A DNA stretch of 64,000 bases, from NCBI RefSeq assembly GCF_002105155.1, contig NW_019028980.1, positions 992,001 to 1,056,000 of the forward strand. The letters are read 5' to 3'. How positions within the stretch are numbered: the stretch's first letter is position 1; every line of letters begins with the position of its first letter. The translations under genes were made by a program, and so were the position numbers. Of this stretch, positions 37,432 through 47,684 are shown in pieces. Under the pieces are notes generated by a model. It saw only the letters and a list, made by a program, of their open reading frames with translations, did no database searches and was not told the origin of the DNA. Origin of the DNA: Lobosporangium transversale. Lineage: Eukaryota.

Positions 37432-40400
37432 CTAAGTTTGAATAGCTAATATACGGGAAGTCTTTTTTTGGTGGGACTCCTTCCTCAACTTCTCCAAAAA
37501 GCTTTTGTGCCGCTTAGAGCGTGGTCTGCCCTTTTGATTGCCCTTGACAGGGTTCTCTATGTAAGTGCTGTCTCTTCCTTCGATGATGGCCTCTTCTAGT
37601 TTGCTTAAGACTGCATCATAGACATCAGGATCATTTTCCACAGAATTGACTGGGCGCTTTGTCAGCGCTGTTAGAGCTGCATACTTCCGTTTTCTGGATA
37701 TTAGAGCCTGGTCTTCTGAGGGGACAGCGATTGGAGGTACGAAAACTCTTCTCAAATCGTCCATGTAAGTGATCGGTGGTGTCTCGCTTTCCACTTGATA
37801 ATGTGACATGGCATATTGGAATGCCTCTGTTGAAACATCAAGTTCAGGATCGTCTTGCAATGTGTCTCTAAACCATCGCCTTGGGATCAGGCTAATATGA
37901 TACCTACATCTCGGGGTAACTGTCGTCAAATGGAAAAAATGGCGGCACACAATTCCGGAATTTTGCAAGAGAAGACAAGAGCAGACGTAGGAACCGTCAT
38001 TGAGGACTACAAGCTGTTGCCGTTCCGCTCCTGTGTGGTCCAACATGTAGGTGACCTCGTATGCAAATGTGATCTGTTGTGTCCCGATTCTGGAAACAAA
38101 GGAATCTAGTGAGAACTTCCGGCGGTCCTGCCTTGCGCTCAGCTCAATGCGCTAATCGTGAGATGAAAAATAATAAATAAATATGTATATATTATATTTC
38201 TATATATATTTTATTTTTATTTTTTAAAACAAAATAAAAAATAAAGAAATCATCTCACCTCATTGGGCTCATGGCTTCCATTTCTGGAGAGTGGAGCAAG
38301 GAATTCGGCAGGCTCGCAGAGCTTCGAACGATAATAGAAGGACCGGATCATCTCCATAGCCATTTGGTTCCTAGCCGCAACACCAAGGAAGTGATTGTTC
38401 CTTTCGTAAACCGAATTAAATATTTGCCTTGCAACAGTAGAGACGGTGGGTCCATCGTTCTGATCCATTCTGTATAAAAGGTACTCTGAAGTCCGCTCTT
38501 GTGATGCAAGTACCTCCTCGATTTTATCGAATAGAGATACAAGCTCTGTCTTCCTGGAGAGGTTTTTCTTCAAGACTGCGTGGATCCCTTTGACTCTCTG
38601 TGTCGACGCCATTCCTGCTGTAAACTTCACGCCAATCCAAGCCCACGCCCACTTCGCACGCTTTTGGTAAAGCCTATTCAGGTAGGACCGCACCTTCTCG
38701 TCCTCCTCACCGTATACAGCGACCTCTTCTTCCCACCTTGTTTCGAATTCGTGTACAGTGATGGAATTTCTGACCCTCCAGAAAGAAGAGTAGAAGAGCT
38801 CCCATTCGTCACGCAGAGGGCTCCGAAGCTTCTTCTTAAGGTTCTCGCTCATGTGCCAGATACAGTTGAGAAGGATCGTATCGGCAAGTATGTCACGGCA
38901 GGCTGCCTCCATGGCTGGGTCATCATCCACAATTATCACACCGGGAGCCTTTCCGTCGCATGCTTCTAGTAAAGCACTCAATATCCATGCATAGTCCTCG
39001 GTTGTCTCGTTCAAAACTAAAGAGCTTGCCACAAGGCGGCTTCTGCCAGCGCTATCCACCACAACAAAGACGTTCAGGTACATGTTGAATCGGTTGGTGT
39101 TTGATGTGTTGTCATTCAACACAACATCTCGGTAGCGACCGTAACAGGATCGTTGAGAAGGCGACATCCAGAAAACCTTGCTGAGTCTATTTTTTTGATC
39201 TCGCTCTATTTTGAAGAACCAACCATTGTCTTGGCGAATTCTGTCCTCCAGCACTTTAACCAGCGCACTAGCTTCTGAATAGTCGCAGGCACACTTCTTG
39301 AGCGCCTTAACTTTTTGGATGGCATTGGATACTTGTCGACGATGGAACATCCCTCCAACGAAATCCGTCTGGAGGAGGTACATTATATTATCTAAGCTGA
39401 GGCCCCCTGCAGCATAGTGGCCTATCTTTCCTAGGACTTCCTGACTCAAGGGGTCGATGTGTACGCCGGCTTCTACTTCGCAAGCATGATTATGTTCGCG
39501 CTCTAGCGTGGTGATATGCCAGAGCGGAGCAATTATATTAGGGGACCTAATGGTAAGCTTGAAAGGGCATTGCTTACGTCCTGACTTTGACCTCCGTTGC
39601 ATAGATGGATCAGAAGTCTTGGAAGATTTACTTTTCCCTGAGTGCTTGCATAAAAAGACCACTATTTGTAATAAGAAGGAAGTTAGAGCTATAAATCTAA
39701 CAAGTAACAAAAAAAAACAAAAAAAAGACGTGTCTTTTACCACGGGGCCGTTCACTATAATTAGCCTGTCCAATACGCGCTCTGAACCCACTGCGTCTAG
39801 CCCACGTTTTGATTGCGGCCTCTGCTTCAGGAAAGCTGTCAAACACATAGTGGAAACGAGGCTCCCAATGAGCAATGTCCTTTGAGCCAGCCTCACTAGC
39901 TAAATTAGAGCATTGACGCTCTTCATCATCCTCTGTCTCCTCCCCGTTAGTATTCCTTTGACTATCCTCATCGGTATCGCTTAGGCGATAGCCTTCTCTG
40001 TCATAGTAGCCCCCAGTTTCGCTATCACTCTGGCTGCCATCACAACTACCACTTTGACTCTCACCCTCGACGTCCTTTTGTTGGCCACTTTCCTCATCTT
40101 GCCCGACTTCACTGCTGTCGCTTGAACCTTCCTTGGGGACCTCGGGGACCTCGGGGGGAGAAAGCTATAATGAAGGCCGTAATATGTCGATGGCTTCAGT
40201 GAACGGCATTTAGGCCCTCAGCGCCGAAAGGACTTAACATATCCAAAATGGAATAGTTATTTAGACTACTTACTGTGGAGTAGGCGGTTACTAACTCAAG
40301 CATGCGCATGCGATGTTCTACAGCACTCTGGGGCTCCCAGAGGCTTATGCTTGGGTTAACAGCATGCTCAATTGCATTGAGAGCAATTATTCCACATGAA

Positions 40401-41365
40401 CCGCTTGTTGATGGTTGCCGGGCGATACGAAACAACCCCATTCCTCTCTTCCATTTATTTTCTCCAATTTTGCAGGCCACCAGCCATTTCCTGATCCCAG
40501 ACTCTACAGTAATTGGGCAATTCATCGCAAGAGAGTCACCAAATGACAACTCCTGGTTGATGAAGTCGATCTGTACGGCTCCCCAATGATCTAAATGCTG
40601 CATGTGGACTACAGCGAAGGCCTTTTCGACTCGCCCACTTTCAAGCTCTTCTTTTTTCCAGAGAAATGACTTGTTGTATTTAGTGCTGCTCGTCCATTGC
40701 TGGATTCTTAATGGTGGGATGAAAATATACTGATTATTGGCTGTATAGTGCTCCGAAAAAAGGTCCAGGACAAGACGTATTGCTTCGTCATCGATGTATT
40801 GCTCGTTCCTGAAAAACAAGGCACTGCTCAAGTTGAGTGGCACATGAGTAGATGCTCTAAAGCTTAGTTGCATAATGTTTGGGGCATTGAGTAACTGGTC
40901 GCGGAACCAAACAGCAAATGGGTCTCTCGCAGAAGAGGCATTGTCCCCAATCCATTTCAGCATTTCACGGATGCCTCTAGCCATATCCATAGCTTCGAAC
41001 ACTATTGGGTCGAGAAGCTTGATTGTCGTTTTATCGAAATTACCGAAGCTACCGATCCTCACGGCCCAGGAGCCTTCATTTGTATGGGAGCGTGTTCTTG
41101 CCCCAGTATCAAGCTCGCCAATAAGGCGTTTAGCGTAAAGGAGGTTCTTGGCCGAGGGAATTGTTTGGAGAGTTGCGATTTCACTACAAGGAATGATTGA
41201 ATTCTCATCCTTCTTGCAAAAAATGCCCTCGATCGCGGCCTCACTGATCTCGGTAACGCTTGGGAAAGCCCAATTAAGCAGGTCCCGACCAGTCAAGGCT
41301 TCCCTCCACTCACGGCTATAGGGGGTCGATGGTCCGGAAGAAGGAGTTTGGTTGGCAGAAGTCAT
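37432..41365 (-). CDS. Mutator-like (MULE) transposase with an N-terminal Ulp1/C48 peptidase domain; predicted exons 41365-40274, 40164-39741, 39661-38259, 38151-37432 (about 1212 aa)
   Basis: Ulp1 motifs HW, GDSL and QPSTSGSCG. Acidic linker. FAR1-type domain (FDSFPEAEAAIKTWARRSGF...CKH...CPF...HNH). MULE core LNDNTSNTN, IIVDDD, CIWH. SWIM finger CSC...GIVCRH. Three GT-AG introns preserve frame. Confidence 0.82.
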
Positions 41366-41769
41366 GCTTCCCAAACTAAATTTAAGATATTAGATGAGCT
41401 GTACCGATACTTTCATTAACTTTCCATTATCAGCCTGTCTACACAGGTACGAAAATCGGAAGAAAAAGTTTCAGTATGTACTTAGGCAGTTATAGTTACT
41501 GGAAATAGGTGTAAAGCACGTTTTGTGAGGGAAGAATGATGGCTTTTAAAGCAAAATTTCGAAATCGCGGAGCTTGGTCCTCTCTGGTCCTGTACTTTTA
41601 TTAATGCTATTTTACAGGATCCTAAATAATACTGTTAATCCGGTTTAGGATCTCCTCCATCTTTTACTCATTAGGTCAAAACATCGTGTACCATTTTTGT
41701 CATTAATTTTTGACACTCAGCGTCATGATAGAGATGCACTGTAAACACTAATTCAGCATGCTTTGCTGC

Positions 41770-42175
41770 GTCGGATCCGGCGCTTGCAGCCTGTGCTCTG
41801 TACTATATCCTATTATATATCTTTCCTGTTGCATGTTCCCTAAAATTTACATCCGACGTCTGTACTCTGTGTCACATACCGAATCCGGCATCTGCAGTCT
41901 GTACTCTGCGTTACATTTACTATTCGTTTTCTCTTCCGTACCTTTCCTAAAATTTACATCCGGCACCTGTACTCTGTGTCGCACATCGGATCCGGCATCT
42001 GCAGTCTGTACTCTGTGTTGCATCTTACTATACGCTTTCTCGGTCGTATGTTCCTAAAATTTACATCCGGCGCCTGTACTCTGTGTCACACACCGAGTTT
42101 GGCATCTGCAGTCTGTACTCTATGGCACATCTTACTGTACGCTTTCCCTGCTGCATGCTCCCTTACGTTTATACC
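41770..42175. repeat. Tandem array, 107-bp period, about 3.8 copies
   Basis: CTAAAATTTACATCCG at 41840, 41947 and 42054. CTGTACTCT at 41860, 41899, 41967, 42006, 42074 and 42113. Confidence 0.93.
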
Positions 42176-42296
42176 TGGGGGCAAATAGGGCTCGATCCGG
42201 TATAAATATGCACTAGAACCCACTTTTCGCTTTGCAACTAATCTACCTCACTCAATCCGCTTACTTTCCATTAGAAACCATCACTTTCAATTCAAA

Positions 42297-43899
42297 ATGA
42301 AGTATATCAGCATTATTCCTGACTTTTTGACTCTAAAATGGCTACGCAGCGCCAATAGAACGGGAGAAGAGCTGATTCAGGCTCTGCTCCGTATGCCACA
42401 GCCGGTTACAACAGGAACACCAACTTATCTGGAAAACCCCTCCGACGACGAGCTCAAAGCCGCTCTTCAGCGTGATGAAGCCCTTGCATTGCCGGCGGTT
42501 CCTTCTGTGCAGCCCGGAGTCATCCGGGAACTACAAAACAAAGACTCTAGCTGTCTGGCCAATTTTAAGGAGTTTGACTTTTGTTACACAAACGAAGCCG
42601 TCTACGCGATAAACGAGGTAAGCTTTGAGGTTGATGTAACTGCTGCTTTATGTACTTTATAATATTCACAACTGAAGCCCTTTCATATCCTATATTTTAT
42701 AAGGCGAACCTTACGAGGAGGTTTGCAGAACGCCGCAAAAATGAGTTGGATTGGCTCGCAACTTTTGCCAACGGACCTGGTAAGCTTCACCGCGACTTTG
42801 CTACCTGGCTCAGCCAAGAAATCAACCAAAGAACCCCTGTCCATTGTATGATGTTCAATCAAGAGGAGTTCGACAATTCACATTCGCATATAGAGAGTAT
42901 AGTTTCTCTTGGCACGGATGAATGCCTGAACGTGCACGCGGTCCGTGGCATCTTAGCTTTTTTCCGAAAATGCTATGGTCAAAACGGTCGTTACTTGTTC
43001 TTGGACCCTTCCTTGAGCTTGGAAGATGGGCCGAGTCGAGTGGAGAGGAAACTTATTGAACGGGGTAAAACCGAAAAGGTGTTCGCTATTTTTATGTAGA
43101 GGATTACTGGACTGCTGCCTACCTTGATCTCCCTCAATATCGGGCTTATGTTGGTGATTTCTGCTGTCGAAGTGAGAAGTATGTAGCTGAGACTCTAGTG
43201 GCATGGTTGGCGCCACTAAGCGTGGACAAAGAAAGGTGGAGGCAAGCTCATGAAAATATGGGCTCATTCCAGGTCCGAAAGTGCCGAAAACGGGACTCTT
43301 GTGGCATCCATGCTGCAATCGCCATCGAACAGGTCGTCAACCCATACGCCACCTGGGGAAACTATGTCAATACCGTATACCAGAGGATCCGATTCTCACG
43401 GTTATTGACTGGTAATCTAAAGGTAATGTCTACTTCTTGTCAATTTCATTAACAGCTAGGGAAGACAATATCTACGTGAACATTAATCACTTCTGATCAT
43501 TAGGTAAATATGGATTTTATTGCCAACGCCTTTAAGAAGCAAGTTCCTGAAGGCCCAAATGAGCCAACACAGATTGCCTTGTTTGAGAAGGAGCTACAAG
43601 CAATATACTTGGATAACAGGAATGATGTGGATGTCTTCGATCAGGTTCTAGCATCGGCAAGGAAGGGCAAACGGAACATTCGGAAACTGCCTTTGAAGGA
43701 CGAGGCTCAAGATAGCGCGGTTCCCGTACTAAAAAAACGGTGCATTGTTGTCGAATCCGATGACGATATAGCCTTTATTGGATCTAACGGGCCACTTAGT
43801 TCTAAGACTCAGGATGAGCCTGGCACCGATACAGTTTTTGTTGAGCACAAAGCAGCTAATAACCACTTGAAGCGCAGGCGCACCAAGCGGAGTAACTAG
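42297..43899 (+). pseudogene. Second Ulp1-like gene, frameshifted and catalytically degenerate
   Basis: Exons about 42297-42617, 42703-43422 and 43504-43899. Aligns with the 40.3-41.4 kb Ulp1 domain (DSCGIHAAIAIEQVVNP vs GSCGIIALNAIEHAVNP). Frame break at the T5 run 43089-43093. HW reads YW. Confidence 0.7.
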
Positions 43900-44060
43900 T
43901 TACCTAGAGGAAAAGTGGGATAAGGGTTTTTGCTGATGGACAAAAAAAAAGACTTCCTTTGAGTATCTTTGTACAATCTCTATTAAAATGATCGAAACAA
44001 TTAATTCTATAAGCAAAAGCCTTGCAGATTGCATCTGTGTCCTTTTAACATCACTCATTC

Positions 44061-44097
<37 letters not shown>

Positions 44098-44171
44098 AGT
44101 TGGTCGTTTTTCAACCAAAGGGTCCCTTCTGGTTACAGCAAGTGCCTCAGTGAGATTTGGGCTAGATTTTT

Positions 44172-45592
44172 TTATTTCAACCTGTTTGCGCCATCGTCGA
44201 CGTCCTCAACTTCAACTGATTTACGTTTTGTCTTATCCTCATAGCTGTTCATCGCTTCTCCCCCCACTTTATCTCTCTCCTCTTCATCCTTGACCTCCAC
44301 TAGGTCTTCTTCATGTCCCTCCTCCATCTCTTCTCTTTCTTCTCCCTTATAATCTTCAGGCTTTAGTCCTGCTTTAGTAAACACCTTTTTTGGGTCAAAG
44401 AGATGATCATTATTAGAGACTCTTTTCTCCTCCCCTTTATACTTTACAAAATCCTCAGTCTTCCATCCTTCTTTTTTTAATATTCCTTTCAGCTCCTTTA
44501 TATGATCATCATCGGTCATATCGTTAGTATCGCTACCATCAGTATCCTCCTCTTCATAATCTTCATCATCCTCAGGCTTCGATGCTAATCTTGTAAACAT
44601 CTTTTGTAGCATCTCGGAATAAACAGTATTCAGCGGAAGTCTCCTGGTGTCTACTATGGACGGTGGGGGCATACCATTGGCATCTGCCCTGGCCTTGAGG
44701 GATTCCATTTGATTTGGGCTTATACAATGACCTAATGGACAGATATAAATTTTAGAGTGAAAAATATATTAGCCTCTTAAAAGTCCAAAATGTTCACGCC
44801 AGAGAGCCTCGCTTACTCGGGGTTGACGTCTCAATCTTACCTTCAGTCATAAGTGTATGAAAGAGAGCAATGGATCTTTGTGTCCTGGCTTCTTCGCGGA
44901 CTTTTTTTCTTGCAATTCTATTATTTTCTTCCAAGGAAATGGACAATCGACTCAACTCATATGTCATGTTGACTATAAGGGGTCGAATCTTGGAGATCTC
45001 CGCCTTGAGATCAGAGAGCGAGGGCCCCTCTTGGACCAGCTCCTTCTCCGCTTCCTGATTTTCGTCAAGTTCAGCAAAAAAAAACTCGCGCTGCTTTGAT
45101 GAGCTCTGATGTTACGTTAGATTTTTTTTTTATCTGTGGTTTTTCGACCAAAGTTGCGCCAATGGGCTTGCTAGGGACGTTGCTAGTCACTGCAGAATTC
45201 TGGTGCTCTTTCTCAATTTCTTCTGGAGCCGGCCTATCAGAGGCAGTGGGGCTGTCAGCGAAGACAGGGCTGCTAGAACGAGTAATGGTAGGATTGGTAT
45301 TAGTGTTGCCAGAAGCTTGGAAGGGGTCTTCCATGAACTTCCTGCACTTCTTGTGGTGCTTTGGAGGGTCCGATGCGAGGTTCGATATGTGATTACAACT
45401 TATATGTGGACAAGCATAATAAAAAAAGCGATTGGGATCACGGTCGACAGTGAGAAGGTCACCCGTATAATGCGATCTAAATTTTATTGTCCTCAAGGAG
45501 TGATATTCGTTTATGTGCGCTTCTGTCCCATCCTGGATTTCGAGAGAACATTGACCGATATCGAATTTTGTGCATCGAGGAACACGGGGCAT
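44172..45592 (-). CDS. Unknown protein: N-terminal Cys/His motifs, coiled coil, acidic tail; apparent frameshift at the homopolymer near 45080
   Basis: CPHISCNH...HHKKC motif. Reading resumes in another frame (FFAELDENQEAEKE...). A GTAAGA...TAG intron near 44840-44732 joins in frame to the 178-aa acidic ORF. Confidence 0.55.
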
Positions 45593-45897
45593 GATGAAAA
45601 CGAAGACGAAGGTGAAAAAAGAAGTGAAATAGAAAGGGAAGAAGCAAAAGTCTTTGTTATACTTCGAGGCTCAAACTGCATTCAAATCCCTCGACGCTTG
45701 GTTATCTACTAGCCCCAAATAGGATTCGAGTATGCTTAGTCACAAAGGCCATTCGGAGGTAGAGAGAGTTACAGTTCTGGAAAAGACACTGCCCTCAATC
45801 CCGCCTTGCCAAAAGTTGTGAACAAATATAAAAAAGCCTTGTATATTATATAATGTATAACAACTCTGTTGTTTTTTTTTTTTTTTTCACTTCAATT

Positions 45898-45985
45898 TAA
45901 GGCCCTTGCCAAAAAGTCATAAACTGGATATATTTTATATTTTAAATTGAATAGAGTACACATCCTTTTCTTTACACAAAGAAAG
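45898..45985. mobile_element. Degenerate solo end of the 46461-46679 MITE family
   Basis: 33 of 39 bases match the MITE TIR, and similarity continues into TTTAAATTGAATAGA as in the MITE right end. Confidence 0.7.
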
Positions 45986-46179
45986 GCTCCCATTGTTTTC
46001 TCAGTATATTCCAAATTTATTATCAGATTTGGTCCTTCATGGCGCACCACTAGTGACTGGCAGTTGTGTGATGCATAATTGTCTGCAATGTTCTTTAGTA
46101 GGTGAGGTTTATTGCAAAGGGAAAAAAAGAAAAAGTCTGCAGACAGCAATAAGAACGTTAAATCTTATTACGAATGTAA

Positions 46180-46287
46180 TTAACCGCACCGCCACCGATT
46201 AACCAGTTATCACAGGTTTTCACCAGTTTAACCGTTTTAACCAGTTTTAATCTGTTATAACCGGTTAAAAATATGTCAAAATCGCTG
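46180..46287 (-). mobile_element. Possible hAT-like transposon terminus with subterminal AACC(G/A)GTT repeats
   Basis: Minus strand begins CAGCGATTTTGACA, followed by clustered AACCGGTT/AACTGGTT/AACGGTT motifs. No partner end seen. Confidence 0.35.
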
Positions 46288-46460
46288 CTCATCTCAGAAG
46301 GGACGTCAGCGCTTTGGGCAATGGTATCTGCAGCAATATCTTATTGAAAGCGGAGTGGAGGTGCGGTAGTTATTCCTAAAGCTTACACTTTTCTTAGATA
46401 CGCTTAGACAAAGCAAATTGCGGTGGCATTGCGTCCTTCTTTTTTCTTCCTTGATTAGAG

Positions 46461-46679
46461 TAGAGTCCTCGCCAGAAAGTCATGAACTGGATATATTTTA
46501 AAATACTCAATTTGAATTATTATTTGCAAAAATACAATTTTCGTACGAAGCTTGAAAAGCACAATAGAAAAAAAAAAAAAAAATTCTCAAAATTCTTGAT
46601 GTCCAAAAATGGAAGTATTCTATTCAATTTAAATGCCTGAAAAATATATCCAGTTCATGACTTTCTGGCGAGGACTCTA
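46461..46679. mobile_element. MITE with a 39-bp perfect inverted repeat including probable TA TSD
   Basis: TAGAGTCCTCGCCAGAAAGTCATGAACTGGATATATTTT (46461-46499) is the exact reverse complement of 46641-46679. Confidence 0.88.
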
Positions 46680-46742
46680 GTTCCTGCATTAGTAGCAATA
46701 ACAATATTAGTATTAAAAGGGTCTTATTGGGCATTTTCTGGC

Positions 46743-46973
46743 ATGGCTCGCTCTGCAGTCATTTGCGCCTCCAACCAGAGTCCAAGCATGGAGGTACACA
46801 ACGTGCTACTATCTATAATCTTTTTTTGAGATACCAATCTATAGTTGGTTGTTGGTACCCGATAGGAATCAGAAGATCAATACCTCTCCAAAAATATACC
46901 CGGAAAGAGCAGAAAGGAGTTTGATGTAGTCATCACTTGCGAAGAGCGCCTCTTTGATACGATGTACGAGGCT
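46743..46973 (+). pseudogene. SSU72: Ssu72 CTD phosphatase gene relic
   Basis: MARSAVICASNQSPSMEVHNVL resembles the Ssu72 catalytic loop VCASNxNRSMEAH. Downstream, DRNQKI and FDVVITCEERLFD resemble DRN and FDxxITCEER. The middle is missing and there are stops and frameshifts. Confidence 0.8.
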
Positions 46974-47684
46974 TTTCTTTCTTCCTTTCTTTTACTTTCT
47001 CATTGAGTAATCAGTAGAGTGAAATGTCATTTGATTGATTTATGCTATGATTTGTCCCGCATATGTCGAATAGGGACTTTCTTTCTCTTTCTTTCTTTCT
47101 TCGAACTACACCTACATTATGATCATCCAATTTTAATGAAGAGAACAAAAATATTTGCTTTTTTTTTTTTTTTGACAAGAGGAATAATGAATAAGATTAA
47201 CATCTGATTTCTTCCCGCTCTTTTTCTCGCTGAATAACCAAACATGGTCGATGCATTCTGGACGGTATTATAAACCCCTAGGAGGTGAATCCTTAGAAAT
47301 AAAAAGGAATGAAGTCTTGGGAAGAGGAGAAAAAGGTATATACTAAGGCCCCAAAGTCCATAAAGACAACTTCTACCCGCTTAAAGCCTCTATTGTTAAC
47401 TCCAGTCCCTAGAGCGAATGATAGCATTGATGAAGAGCGTTATAATGCTTCCTCTTACATTCTCGTTCGTCGGCCGAATTTTATTTTCTCGAATGTCGTG
47501 CGATAATGCGAAATGAACATAGACTGCAGAGATATTGGTGGCATACAATTTTTTTTTATTGTTATTTTACACGATTGTAGAACGTTGTATCCAACCCTAG
47601 TTGTTAAATATATAAGTATATATACTATGTTTGATCCTGTTCCCACCTCACTTTACGCCTTACAGTTGTTCAGAAGTAAAAGGT

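Larger units (their letters stand above)
37350..45880. mobile_element. Putative large multi-gene Mutator-like element, boundaries approximate
   Basis: Contiguous block of transposase, two related Ulp1 domains, a tandem array and an orphan gene. No long TIRs or 9-bp TSD found by eye. Confidence 0.55.

Noticed and set aside
41770..42175. CRISPR array or short Cys-rich ORFs
   Set aside because: Units are homologous along their whole length, the context is eukaryotic and there are no cas genes. The ORFs are translations of the repeat.
30145..46679. The two 219-bp MITEs as paired ends of one composite element
   Set aside because: Their TIR sequences are unrelated and each is self-contained. The equal length is treated as coincidence.
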